Below are positions 13,508 through 24,628 of a stretch of 64,000 nucleotides of DNA, piece after piece. Position 1 is the first letter of the stretch. Every line of letters begins with the position of its first letter. The notes below the pieces were generated by a model, which saw only the letters and a program-made list of their open reading frames with translations, was not told where the DNA came from and ran no database searches. Location: the NCBI GenBank assembly GCA_965240325.2, contig OZ251227.1:1860001-1924000 (forward strand), written 5' to 3'. This DNA is from Rebecca billardiae RCC1528. Taxonomy: Eukaryota; Protista; Haptophyta. The position numbers and the translations under genes were made by a program.

Positions 13508-15322
13508 TCATGGGCCATGCTGGCGGTTACGATATGCAGTCGTGACCGTTGACGACGGCGCTGTCGTTGTGTTGACAGCCGCACACACATGCTGCGCAAA
13601 CCACGCGGCTCGCGCATCGGAGCTCGCCAGCTTCGCCGCGAGGAGCGTTTCGCGACGCTGCGCATCTAGACCCCAGCCGCCGCGAGAGCTGACGCCCATC
13701 ATGGATGCGCCCGCACCCGCGCCGCCGGGGCTCGGCACGCGCGAGGCCGGCTGAGGCTGCTGCCGGCGCTGGCAAGCGTGCTGGCACTGCGGACAGCCCT
13801 GGTGGAGGCTGACCGTTGGCGGAGGCCTCCTCCGCTGCAGCCAGCTCGGCAGCAGCCAGCTCGGCAGCAGCGCGTGGTACCACCGCCTCGTGCCCGCCAG
13901 CAGCGCCGGGTCGGTGAAGTGCAGCGTGCACGGCGCCGAGCTCAGGTCGAACACGGCCTCCCCGGCCGCATCCGCACCGAGAGCCTCGAGCACAGAGGGC
14001 AGCTCCCACGCCACGGGCACGTGCACGTCGGCGCAGCCCCAGAGCGCGAGCCCGGCGGGCATCACGTATGGCATCGAGTCGCGGTGCCGGTGGTCGAACA
14101 CGGGCAGGCCGCCGCCGGAGACCTGCAGCTTTGCGATGACGCGTGACGCCGTCACCTCCGTCGGCGGCGCGGAGCGCGCGCGCTCGCGCACGCCGCCCCT
14201 GCCTTGTCGGAGCGCGTCGCGCAGCGCATCGAACAGCCCCGTGGGCGTGGCGAGGACCTCGCCGGAGAGCCCGGCGTACGCGTTGGGCCGCAGGTTCGGG
14301 TCGATGGCCGTCGCCTTGCCCGAGCGCTCGTCGACGCGGAAGTCCACGCCGGCGACGCCCGTCAGTCCGAGCCGTGCGGCAAGGCGGCGGAACTGCGCGG
14401 CTGCGTCCGGCACGTTCACGGTGCGGATGGCGTACGCGGCGCCTTCCTCTCGCGTCGAGGCGTACAGCAGGTACGCGTAGCCCGCGAGCAACTCGCCGTC
14501 GAGCACGGCCCCGCTGAAGTGCACGGTGTACCCGGCCACGTACCGCTCGACCATGCACGCCGAGCGCGTGCACATCTCCAGCAGCGCGCGCCTCAACTCG
14601 GCGCGCGTGCGGCAGATGCGGGTGCCGACGCCGCCCATGCCCTTGGGCTTCTTCACCACGAGCGGCAGCTCGCGCAGGTGAGGGTCGGCGTCGGTCGAGT
14701 TCACGTCGCTCGCGCCCACACGGCGCGAGCTCCGTGGCACGCGCACCCCAGCTCTCCTCGCCAGCTGCATGCGTGAGAACTTGCTCGCGATCTTCTTGCT
14801 CGCAGACACCAGCCGCGGGAGCGAGCAGCGCAGCCGCGCGGACACCTCGCGCATGCTCGCGTTGCCGGCGTCCGCGCGCTCGGACGCCAGCTGCCCGGCG
14901 TCGTGCATCAGCTGAGCGGCCAGCTCAGAGTCCGCCATGACGAGAGCCGGTCGAAACAAGCCGACGGCGGCGAGCACAGCTTCGCGGGGGTCGGTGCCCT
15001 TCCACAGCCGAACGAAGCGCACGATCGAGGAGGAGCTCCTCCGATCGCGGAAGCCGCACCCTCGCCAGCCGCAGTAGGGCGCGCCCACGTTCGCCACGAG
15101 GCCAACCTCCCAGCCGGCGCGGTGCAGTCCGCTGAGGAGCAGCAGGCTGTCCATGTGCGACGAATGGACGACGAGGAGCGCGCGCGGGTTGTCCTGACGC
15201 CAGGGCCAGCAGTCATCGTCGTTCCACGCGCCCAGTAGGGCGGCACGCGTTGGCCTGCTGATCACCGCCCGCAGCACGAGAACAAGCGCGCTGGCGAGCA
15301 TGGGGCACCTTGCGCGGGGCAT
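13508..15322 (-). CDS. ATP-grasp fold protein with N-terminal signal/anchor
   Basis: 604-aa ORF with SKFSRMQLARRAGVRVP, LPLVVKKPKGMGGVGTRIC, MVERYVAG and GVAGVDFRVD..AIDPNLR, matching ATP-grasp motifs; hydrophobic N-terminus. Confidence 0.8.
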   Translation of the reverse strand: MPRARCPMLASALVLVLRAVISRPTRAALLGAWNDDDCWPWRQDNPRALLVVHSSHMDSLLLLSGLHRAGWEVGLVANVGAPYCGWRGCGFRDRRSSSSIVRFVRLWKGTDPREAVLAAVGLFRPALVMADSELAAQLMHDAGQLASERADAGNASMREVSARLRCSLPRLVSASKKIASKFSRMQLARRAGVRVPRSSRRVGASDVNSTDADPHLRELPLVVKKPKGMGGVGTRICRTRAELRRALLEMCTRSACMVERYVAGYTVHFSGAVLDGELLAGYAYLLYASTREEGAAYAIRTVNVPDAAAQFRRLAARLGLTGVAGVDFRVDERSGKATAIDPNLRPNAYAGLSGEVLATPTGLFDALRDALRQGRGGVRERARSAPPTEVTASRVIAKLQVSGGGLPVFDHRHRDSMPYVMPAGLALWGCADVHVPVAWELPSVLEALGADAAGEAVFDLSSAPCTLHFTDPALLAGTRRWYHALLPSWLLPSWLQRRRPPPTVSLHQGCPQCQHACQRRQQPQPASRVPSPGGAGAGASMMGVSSRGGWGLDAQRRETLLAAKLASSDARAAWFAQHVCAAVNTTTAPSSTVTTAYRNRQHGP

Positions 15323-15665
15323 GATGCTTGCATGTGCACGTCGTGGTCAGACCTCGAGGGCAGCCATTGTTCCAGTGTGCAGCCATTGCCCATTGATGTG
15401 ATTTCGGCGCCATCGCGTACGATCGTACTACCGGCGGCGGCCCTTGGTATACTACGTAGTACAGTGTTGTGGTACTGAAGTTAGATAGTATTGTACTCCG
15501 TGTTCTGTCTCGGCCTGCAACAGCAATGAGCAAGTAAGCTACTGCTTGTAGTTACTAGTTGGTAGCACTCCTCCGCGCCTCCGGCGCGGGGGTCGCTCCT
15601 GGACAGCTGCAGACTGTCGCCGATCGAGGCGGCTGCGAGCCGATGCATCATCATGGCTCATGCAG

Positions 15666-17471
15666 TCATGCTGCCGAGGCGGACGGAGCCTGCGGCTGGC
15701 GCTGCGGCTGCGCGTCAGCGCTGGGCTCGCGCTGCTCCTCCGCGGCGCGCGCCGCGTCCAGAACGACGCTCTGGAAGAGCGCGTCGAACTTGGAGAGGTC
15801 CGGCCGGCGCGGGTCGAGGCGCAGCTGGCTCACGCGCCGGCCATCCACGCCCGCCTCGCGCAGCCGGCGCACCATCGTCCCCTCGCCCTCCGCTGCGCGC
15901 AGGAAGGAGACGAACGAGCAGCGCGCGCGCGCATGCACCTCCTGCGCGTACCGCGAGAACGCCTCTGCGAAGAAGGCGCCGCTCGGGCCCTTGGTGTTCT
16001 CCTCCTCGTCGGTGACCACGATGAAGAGGTCGATCTTCTTTTGCTCCCGCGCGAACGTCTCCAGCGCTGCCGCCGGCGCGGTCGAGCAGCCCGCCTGCAC
16101 CGCGTCCGCGATCGCGATCACGTCGGCGGCCGTGCGCGCGCCGTGCGGGTGCGCCGCACTCGTGAAGGCGCGGTTGTTGAAGAAGACGAGCTCCGCCTCG
16201 AAGAGCGCGCTCATCATCGCGCCGACGATGGCGGCGGCGTTGATCGCCACCTGCATCGACGCGGACGCGTCCCCGAGCACGGCCACGCGCAGGCCGGCCG
16301 CGTCGGCAGGCATGCTCTCGCGCACCGCCGCCGGCACCGCGCGGAGCGCATGCGGACCCAGATCGCTCGCGGCGCGCGCGGCGAGCGCCTGCAGCGTGCG
16401 CGGGCCGGCCGCGCCGATGAGCTCGAGCTTGTGCGCCTTGAGCCGATCGAGCAGCCGCTCGGCGGTGGGGAGCAGCGCGCCCCACCACCCTGCGCCGCTG
16501 CGCTGCAGCGTCAGCATCCGCTCGAGCAGCTTGGCGAAGTTGTCCGTGCGGAATGAGCCGACCGCGCTCGCGGACTCGAGCTCGCCGGCGGAGACGCGGC
16601 CGGCGAGCACCTCGTCCACGGCGGCTTGGCCTGGTGGGGTCGAGGACGCGCGGCCGTACAGCGTGCCGCGCGCGTCCACGCCGCACAGCTCCTCGTAGTT
16701 CCACAGGACGTCGCCGAGCGGCATGCGCGCGGCCAGCTCCGCGCGCGCGCCGCTCGGCAGCGCGCGCGGCTCGAGCCTGAGGCGGATGATCGAGTACGCC
16801 TCGGCGAGGCGCGGGTGCCGCTCGAGCATCTCGACCAGGTTCTCTGCCGTCAGCTGCCGCACGTCCGCGGCGAGCGAGCCCTCGGGCGCGCTCTCGCCGA
16901 AGACGCAGCGCGGGAAGTAGCGCAGCGCAAAGTCGGTCGGCCGCGGGTGCGCGAGGTCGCACGCGCCCTTCCACACGTCGTGGTGCTCGAAGCGCGCGCA
17001 GTCGAACTCGAGGCGGGCGGCCGGGATCGACCGAATCCACTTGCGCACCACGCGCATGAACGACGCGCTCGCGGAGAACTGCTCGGGCGCGCCCCACGCG
17101 CGCAGGTCGTTGATCTTGGACTCGACGCGACGGCGGCGGCGGCGCTGGCCCTGAGGGAGGGAGGCAAGCTCGCGGTTGAGCTGGCGCGTGCGCCGCGGCG
17201 CGTCGAGAAGCGCACATGCGCGCGAGATCACGCCGGGCTCGCGGAACTCGTCGAGCTCCATCAGCTCGGCGAGGAGCGCGCGCTTGCGCGACGCCCACAG
17301 CGTCGCGATGATGCGCGCGCGGTTCGGCAGCGTGAGCGTGACGCCACCTGTGCGCGCGATCTCGCGGAGCGCATTGTCCACGTTCGTCTCAGGGGCGCGG
17401 ACCGCGTCGAAGAAGGCCGGGAGGCCATGCTCCTCGTTGAGTAGGTGGCGGACGGTGCCGACGTCGACCAT
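15666..17471 (-). CDS. TROVE-like plus vWA domain protein with a possible N-terminal SAM-like domain
   Basis: ATG at 17471. MIDAS-type VAVLGDASASM, plus IDLFIVVTDEEEN and WKGACDLAHPRP. N-terminal LLNEEHGLPAFFDAV..LREIARTGGVTLTLPNRARIIATL resembles a SAM helical pattern. Confidence 0.75.
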   Translation of the reverse strand: MVDVGTVRHLLNEEHGLPAFFDAVRAPETNVDNALREIARTGGVTLTLPNRARIIATLWASRKRALLAELMELDEFREPGVISRACALLDAPRRTRQLNRELASLPQGQRRRRRRVESKINDLRAWGAPEQFSASASFMRVVRKWIRSIPAARLEFDCARFEHHDVWKGACDLAHPRPTDFALRYFPRCVFGESAPEGSLAADVRQLTAENLVEMLERHPRLAEAYSIIRLRLEPRALPSGARAELAARMPLGDVLWNYEELCGVDARGTLYGRASSTPPGQAAVDEVLAGRVSAGELESASAVGSFRTDNFAKLLERMLTLQRSGAGWWGALLPTAERLLDRLKAHKLELIGAAGPRTLQALAARAASDLGPHALRAVPAAVRESMPADAAGLRVAVLGDASASMQVAINAAAIVGAMMSALFEAELVFFNNRAFTSAAHPHGARTAADVIAIADAVQAGCSTAPAAALETFAREQKKIDLFIVVTDEEENTKGPSGAFFAEAFSRYAQEVHARARCSFVSFLRAAEGEGTMVRRLREAGVDGRRVSQLRLDPRRPDLSKFDALFQSVVLDAARAAEEQREPSADAQPQRQPQAPSASAA

Positions 17472-17841
17472 GGCAACGGGGTGAGGGGGTCCGCGTGGAC
17501 GGTCGTCGACTTGTCGAGTGGTCCACGACCGGGCGAACTGCCACGCGAGCAACGTGCCCGGACCACTTCTCCGCTGTATGACGCGATGATTCTGATGCTG
17601 CGCTGACTGATGACGAGCAATTGTATGTACGACAGTACCTTATGGATACTGTAACCTTTTGTTGCCAGAGGACAAGTCTCCCAACTACCCACGTTCAGTC
17701 AATGCACTAGCTAGTATTATGAAGCAGCACGTCCACTAACCGGGCAACAGCGACGTGACGCTATCAATGTCGGGCTGTCGGCGGCCGCCCAAAGTGTTCT
17801 TCTCGGACTCGGGCCGGCGTCACTCGTCAGCCGAGTCACAA

Positions 17842-19638
17842 TCAAGTGTGCTCCGAGGAGAGTCCAAACGAGAGTGTCGCCACTGCCAGCCGGCCAAAGA
17901 ACGGGCAGCATGCGACCACGGTGCCCGTGGCCTCGCAGAGCGTGAGCGAGGGCGGGTGGTTCTCGTTGCGCAGCGCGTCGAACGCCGCCGTCGCTTCGAG
18001 CGCGGGCTGCGCATCTGCGGGCGCAGCCCCCGCCGGCTCGCCCTCCCGGGCGTGCGCCGCATCGGCGCTGCCGGCCGGCCGAGCGACGCAGATGGCGTCG
18101 CACCGGTGTGCGCGCACGCACGCGGGGCCGGCGTCGCGCTCGGCGAGGCGGAAGGCGCACGCGTCCACGGGCGCGAGGAAGCCGGCGCTCGCGTCCCCGA
18201 AGCGGTCCAGGCACCGGCCGCGATGGCCGCCGAGCAGCAGGACCGTGTGGCCAGCATGCAGCGTGCCCACGCTCGCGCTCAGCTGCGCAACGGACGCGCG
18301 CGGCACGGACGGGTGGGCGGCGACGCGCTCCCAGCGCGCGCCCGGCGCCGAGAGGTCGAGGAGCCACGTGTCACTCGACGGCAGGTAGCCGCTCGCTGCG
18401 CCCGACCTCACGCCGCCGCACACGATCAGCCGGTCCCGCACCACGCCGCCGGCCGCGCGCGCGAGCCCATCCGCGCACGGCTCGGGCATGTGCAGCTCAC
18501 GCAGCCGCCACCCGCCGAGCGCAGTGTCCAGCAGCCAGGTGTCGCTCAGCAGCTCGCGGTCGCGCTGCCCGCCGAAGAGGACGAGGTGCCGGCCCCACGC
18601 GACGGCGACGTGGTACGCGCGCGAGGGCGGCGGCGCGCGCGCGGCCGCCGCGCTGAACGCCACGCCGAGCTCGGCCGCGGGCGTCCAGCGCACGCGCTGC
18701 ATCGCTCGATCGTCCAGCGTGCGCCCGGCCGCGCCCGAGCCGGTGCCGTCCGCGGCGGGGTCGGCGGCGCACGCGTGCACGCCTCGGAGGGAGAGCACGT
18801 GCACGTCGAGCAGCGGGTGCAGCATGTAGTCGTGCCCGCCGCTCACGACCAGCGCCGAGCGCCCGACGGCCGTGAGCTGGTGGTGGAAGCGAGGCGTCGG
18901 CCGCTCGTCCGACTGCGCCACGGCGCTCGGCTGCAGCTCGGACCAGCGCCACGTGTGCGCGCACGCCGCGGGGCCGAGCGGGCCGAGGGCGCAGGTGCGG
19001 TTGTCACGGGCGCCGCTCGCACGCAGCCCGCCGTACAGGACGAGCACCTCGTGCCCGTCCGCATCGCGCAGCACCGCGCCGCCGCCGTCGTCGGCCGTGT
19101 AAATGCGCGGGCCCGGGCCGTCCTCGTCGCCGCCCGGCTCCGATGGGCTATCGCCGGCGGGAGGGCCGACGGGGTACCACGTGCCCGACGCAATGTCAAG
19201 CGCCCAGCAGTCCGCGAGGAACGCCTCCGACCCGGTCCCGCCGCCCGCCGGCGCGAGCTTGCTCTCGCGCTGGCCACCAAACACGACGAGCGTCGCGCCG
19301 CCGTTGCACGCAAAGGCGACATGGTGGCGCCGGGCGATGGGGCCGCGCGCGCTCGTGGGCGGGCGGAACGACCAACTCAGACGCTCAAACGTCGTCAGCA
19401 GCCGCAGGTCGCGCCGCGCGTGCGAAGGCGCGGCGGTCGGCCCGCCCGCGCGCGCAAGCGCCGTCTGCCACACATGTTCAGCACGCGCGGCGCGGGCACA
19501 TGTGCGGCTGGTGAGCGCGAGGTGCGCGAGGTCCACAGGCTGGTCGAGCTGGGCGGCAACATGCTCCAGCAGCTCCGCATTCAGCGCCTCGTCGAGCGCG
19601 ATGTCCTCGCGCGCCACCGGGTCCACCGCGGCCGGCAT
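17842..19638 (-). CDS. F-box / Kelch-repeat protein
   Basis: ATG at 19638. F-box-like LNAELLEHVAAQL..DLAHLALTSRTC..VW, followed by Kelch blades LVVFGG, LVLYGG, LVVSGG, LVLFGG, LIVCGG and VLLLGG. Confidence 0.85.
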   Translation of the reverse strand: MPAAVDPVAREDIALDEALNAELLEHVAAQLDQPVDLAHLALTSRTCARAARAEHVWQTALARAGGPTAAPSHARRDLRLLTTFERLSWSFRPPTSARGPIARRHHVAFACNGGATLVVFGGQRESKLAPAGGGTGSEAFLADCWALDIASGTWYPVGPPAGDSPSEPGGDEDGPGPRIYTADDGGGAVLRDADGHEVLVLYGGLRASGARDNRTCALGPLGPAACAHTWRWSELQPSAVAQSDERPTPRFHHQLTAVGRSALVVSGGHDYMLHPLLDVHVLSLRGVHACAADPAADGTGSGAAGRTLDDRAMQRVRWTPAAELGVAFSAAAARAPPPSRAYHVAVAWGRHLVLFGGQRDRELLSDTWLLDTALGGWRLRELHMPEPCADGLARAAGGVVRDRLIVCGGVRSGAASGYLPSSDTWLLDLSAPGARWERVAAHPSVPRASVAQLSASVGTLHAGHTVLLLGGHRGRCLDRFGDASAGFLAPVDACAFRLAERDAGPACVRAHRCDAICVARPAGSADAAHAREGEPAGAAPADAQPALEATAAFDALRNENHPPSLTLCEATGTVVACCPFFGRLAVATLSFGLSSEHT

Positions 19639-19712
19639 AAACTGCGGCGTGCGCGCCGTGCACCTGACGCCGGCTTGCGTCTTGCCGTCTTCGGCGCCTT
19701 TGAAGCTTCGCG

Positions 19713-21113
19713 ATGGCGGCCGGCCGGCGCGCACGCGCCGGACTTGATGATAGACTCCGCTCGCGCATCAAATTTGCTTCGCGGTGCGCTCCGCAGTCCT
19801 CGAACGATGGTGGTGTAGGCTGCCTGATTCAACACTGCCCTGCCTGCCCCAAGAGCGCAGCGAGGGAGGCGGGCAGGCAAATGGCGGTGAGCATCGGCGA
19901 CCGCACGCGGTGGACGGGCGGCGGACAGACTGGCGGCGCCGTGCTCTTCGTCGTGGCGGCTCACGTGGCCAACGAGCGCAACGGCGATTTGCTCAATGGC
20001 ACGGTCAGGTCCATCCAGCGGTACCACCCAACCATGCCAATCCTGGTCGTGGACAACGCCTCGCCAGCGCAGCGCGCAGGGGATCCGCCGACGCAGCGCG
20101 TGGAGGATGCCCTCGGGCCCTCGCGCACCGAGTACGTACGCGTGATGCGCACGCCGTGGTCCGCTGGGCAGCTGGGCTCGTGGGCGCTTGCGGACCGCGA
20201 GCTTGGACCAGGCGGCGCGTACGCTGCTGCGAACATCACGCGTGTAATCCTGCTGCAGCACTCGACTCGGCTCAGCAGGAAGCCGCTTTTCCCGCGTGAC
20301 GTGAACGCCGGGCTCTGCCCTCTCGTGGCTGCGGCTGGCAGCTATGCGCTGATGCAGGGCGTCAACGTCTCCGCTTGGGACGACGCGTTCGCGCCTCTCA
20401 AGTCGCGCTTGGACCCCAACCTCGCCCTCGCGATTCTAGAAGAGGTTGGGCCAGTGCCGTGCGCACAGTGCATCGCAGCGAACCGCTCCGGGGTCCAGGC
20501 CAGTGCGCTGCTGCCGTGGGCCCTTGCGCGGCATGGCGTGCTGGACTGCACGCGCCCCGCGTTCGAGGCGCTCGGAGAGCTCGGCCTGTGGGGCGCACTC
20601 GGGTGGAGCCGAGCGGGTCGCCCCCAGCTGGACGCAGTTGGCTCTCTCGCGCGCGTCCTGCAGTCTCGAGGGGCATGTGCACTCGGCGAATGGAATCAGG
20701 ATTTGGAACGGCTAGCTGGGATCCTGGTGATCTGGTTCGCGGCAGGGCTGCCCGGCCTGCAGCGCGCAGTGCCGAAGGGCTCGGCGTTGGAGATGGTGCT
20801 CTCGCTGAGGGCGAGCAACAGCAGCTGGCCGGCTCTTGGGCACGATGCGGTGGCTCGTGGCATTGAGCCCGGCCCGAGCGGCGCCTTCACCGCCGAGGCT
20901 GAGCCCTCTGCGGATGCTCACGCAGGTGGCGAGCAGGACCAGCAGAGGGCAATTGCCGACCTCTTCAGGCCATATCCTCACTTGGGACGTCAAAAGGGGA
21001 AGCCTTACCCGCGGTGTGCGCGCCGCCCAGAGGAGACGGTGAAGAAGGTCCACGGCCACACTTTCCTCGACGACATCACGGGGCGGTGTCCTCTGCGACC
21101 ACGCCAAAGGTGA
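19713..21113 (+). CDS. Hypothetical protein, possible GT-A/GT2-like glycosyltransferase
   Basis: 466-aa ORF with TVRSIQRYHPTMPILVVDNAS, similar to the GT2 nucleotide-sugar-binding strand. Start uncertain (19713 or 19882). Confidence 0.5.
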   Translation: MAAGRRARAGLDDRLRSRIKFASRCAPQSSNDGGVGCLIQHCPACPKSAAREAGRQMAVSIGDRTRWTGGGQTGGAVLFVVAAHVANERNGDLLNGTVRSIQRYHPTMPILVVDNASPAQRAGDPPTQRVEDALGPSRTEYVRVMRTPWSAGQLGSWALADRELGPGGAYAAANITRVILLQHSTRLSRKPLFPRDVNAGLCPLVAAAGSYALMQGVNVSAWDDAFAPLKSRLDPNLALAILEEVGPVPCAQCIAANRSGVQASALLPWALARHGVLDCTRPAFEALGELGLWGALGWSRAGRPQLDAVGSLARVLQSRGACALGEWNQDLERLAGILVIWFAAGLPGLQRAVPKGSALEMVLSLRASNSSWPALGHDAVARGIEPGPSGAFTAEAEPSADAHAGGEQDQQRAIADLFRPYPHLGRQKGKPYPRCARRPEETVKKVHGHTFLDDITGRCPLRPRQR

Positions 21114-22596
21114 GTGGCTGATGATGTCTGCGACCACGCGAAAGGTGAGACATCATCAGCGCGCTGGGCGGCGCTGGAGGGGTGAGATTGGCGCCGACTG
21201 CGCGCCCTCCTGCGGTAGTTGCGTGCCCGCGAAGGCGGTGCGCGTGGTTGAGCGCGGCGGAAGAGCAGCCATTTGCGTCGTTCCGCCGCTCGCCGTTCGG
21301 AGTCACTGCATCCGCCGCGCCTCAGGCCATCGCGTGCGCCGCACCAACAAGGAAGTCGTGTGCATTCCTCGGCTGACTGCACGCGTGCCGCGAGCAGCGG
21401 CGTCGGCGTCCGGCACTTGGTTGCACTGGGCGATGTCCAGGTAGTTTATACACGCGTCATCGCTCTTCACAGTACGCTGCCTGGCATACGCATCTGCACT
21501 ACGGCCACGGGTCACACAGCCGTCAAAAGGCATGATCGAGCATCACGCAGCGGTTGGCATCGACCTACGGCGAGGGACGTGTGAGCATGAAAAGCACTGA
21601 CATGCGCCCTTCTGGATAGTGATGTCGTAGTGATCGAGCACATTCCCGCGTGAAAGGAGCGCGCGCCATTCAGGCACCGGACGCGGCGTCGGGGCTGGAT
21701 GCTCACGTCTTGGCCTCTTGGGCAGGCTGATGCTGCCTTCCGGCTGCAGGCGGGTGCGTCCATCAAGGCTGACCGTGTGTGCGCGATGCGCACCGTGAAG
21801 TTCGACAGGGAACGTCCAGGCGTGAGCTACTGCTTGGCAAGGTAGTACACACATTCATACACGCGCCGTGTCATCCGAAGAGGCACATACACGCAGGCCA
21901 TGGGCCTCGTTCAGGTATGTTTTGCATTGCACGCATGTATGTTCGTACTACCTCGGGCCAAGATTGACGTCGGAGCACAAGTCAGGGAGGTCAGTGCCGA
22001 GGCAGAGCTGGGCAACAGCCACGTGCGCGGCGACTCCGTGCCAGCGCACATGCTGCGCGTCGCCGTAGATCAGCATGGCGTGCGCTGCAAGTGCAACGTC
22101 GTCGTCGGGCCAGAGCGCTTGTTCGACCAATCGAATCGTATGATGCAATCAGCACACCTGAACGCAGCTGTTCGGACCCGCGCTCATGCGCGGCGGCGCA
22201 AGGCAGCGCAGTGCGTAAAGTGTAGTTCCTCGCCACGCGGAAGCGCATGCTCCGTGTTTGTCTCGCCTCGCATGGCGCACGCGGGGGAGGCTGGCCGTGT
22301 GGCGGTGTGCACAGACATGCTGGCCCGAGGCAAGTACAGCCGAATGCGAAGCGCGGGCGAAGCGGCGAATGGCACTTCAACACGACTGCCCGTCCACACG
22401 CACGGGAGCGCGGCGCCGTCGCCCGCTCGCCCGAGACGCGCGCGGCCGCCGCGAAGCGCGCGGCGGAATAAATGCAAGGCGGAAATAAAAGTGGCAGGTA
22501 CCAATTTTCGGCGAAGTGCCACCACGGACGCCAACGGTACTTTTCGATCCCATTATTTTCTCAGCAAATTCTCAATAAAAGTTCGTAGCCTATAAA

Positions 22597-24090
22597 AAAC
22601 TGTGCCCTGGCGGGCGGGGGGGGTCGGCGGGCCGTGCCAGTGCTGTCGCAATGTATCCTTTGCGGGTTCGCGTCTTTCCACATTCGCTCGTGGCCGTGGG
22701 TGACGGACAGTCGAGTGCAAGGACCAGTGACACGTGAAGTTGGCTCCCCGACGTGATGTACACATGTTTCACGGTCTGTACTCTTAGAGTATTGTATGCG
22801 CATCAGCGAGGCCCACACCCACGAGGGAATGTGCAGCACGCGGGGCGGGGCGGGTAGCCCGTTGCTCCGCGCGAGCGCGGGTACGCGTTGCTGAGTATGT
22901 GCCGCATATCGACCGCGATGGCGTAATCGAGCGCCTCGCCGCCGTGGGCTCGGCGCAGGTCGCGTTGACGTCGTACACGGCCACAACGCTGAGCACGAGC
23001 GCGCTGACGTTCACGCGGTCGTCGCTCTTCGCATCTTCGACAGGTCTGGCGCTCGCGTGCTCGGCGGCACGAGGAGCTGTTGGTTGTGCGCGCGCGCGCA
23101 CACAGCGACAGCGTGTGCACTCGCGATCGAGAGTGGGCAAGCGCTGCTCACGCGAGCACACGAATCGCAGCGCATCCGTCACCGGCGTGACGACTTCCGC
23201 CTCGTCCCGCAGCGCCTGCGCCATGGACGAGGCCATGGCGCGGCGATGTTGCATGCTCGACGTTTCCGATCTCTCTGCGGATGGCATCACGGGCTTGTCT
23301 GTGTCGCGCTGCGGCGAGGGTCGCCAACTCGCGATGACGCGGTTGCTGCCACGGCGACAGACCCGGGAGGTGCGTCCGCAGCGCGTCGTACGCCGTTGGC
23401 GCTGCGCTTCCGTCGCATTGGTCACCGTCGACGCCATCCGGCAGGCCGGACGTGGGCTTCGGCTGAGGGACCGGACCGCGAGCAATGACTGAGTCCGGTG
23501 CGCGGATTCCGGCGATCGAGTTCAGAAGGCCGCGCCAAATCTAAAATCTTGCGTCGCGTGCGATGGCGCTTCCCGCCCGCGAGACGCCTCGTGATGAGGG
23601 CTTTCTCGCACCGAGCCCGACGCGCGACGGTGGATCGCGCGAGGCGGTCATCGTGCGCAGCGCATGATGCTATGGCCGGTGCGAGCTTTCGACGTGCACG
23701 TCGGGCGAGGATCGCCCCAGGTCGCACGATCGTGTCGACGCGCCGAGCGTACCGCATCAAACGGGTCGATTTGGGCCCCGTTCGACCTGCACGCGAGACG
23801 ACGAGGGCAGCAATCGCGAATCGGGCGAAAACACGTCTCGGGAATCCTCTCATGATGTCCGCGCCGGCGTTGGATTCGGCGCGCGCGGCCCACGCGCTCC
23901 GCGCCAGGCGCCATATGGTTTTCGGCCGAGCGTCCCCAGTGGGAGCTGCGAGGGCGCCCGGTAGTGAGCGAAGCGACCCGGCAGTGAGCGAGGCGATTTT
24001 CTTTTCTTTGCGAGGCGATTTTCTTTTTCCCTTGTATTTTTCTTATCTTTTTCCCGGGCACTACAAGGGGCGGACCTACGGCCCGCCATA
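22597..24090. mobile_element. Dispersed repeat / degenerate non-autonomous transposon, copy 1 (contains the empty site of the pogo insertion)
   Basis: Homologous in blocks to 47273-48800 plus 50725-50753. Shared left motif tgccctggcgggcggggggg(g)tcggcgggccgtgccagtgctgtcgcaat and right end tacaaggggcggacctacggcccgccata. No TSD found. Confidence 0.7.
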
Positions 24091-24628
24091 AAGAGGGCGG
24101 GTAAATTCTGGTACTACGTTTAATGCTGATGCTGAACACCGAGAGAAGAAAAGGAACGTTCGCGCTGCCGCCGACGAATCAGGAGACCTGTGTCGTCCTA
24201 TCTGTGTCGTTAAATCATAGAATGAGAGTTAGGGACTTGCGTAGTAGTAGGTCCACATTTAATATACTCAAGTGGACCACCTCATCACCACCCTGTGGCT
24301 ATCGGTCCCCAAGCCTGAGCTGTACAGTTTACTCATTCTATGATTTAACGACACTCTGTTTTAACGTGCACAGTTTACTAAGAATAAGAGACGCACACAG
24401 CTCAGGCAGGCGAGATTGACGCCCGTAATGAATTCCGCTGTGTGCGTTTTGATAAAGGGTAATTAAGAATTACCCTGCGGGTACAGGATGAACCGACGCG
24501 CAGGCAAGGGCCCTCGGCGTGCGTTCGTAAACGTGCCGCGGCGTCACCGCATGGAGATCCCCCCTTCACGCCTCCCTTCGCGCGCGACGGCCCGACCAGG
24601 TACAATGGTACATGGCCCCTGCACATCG

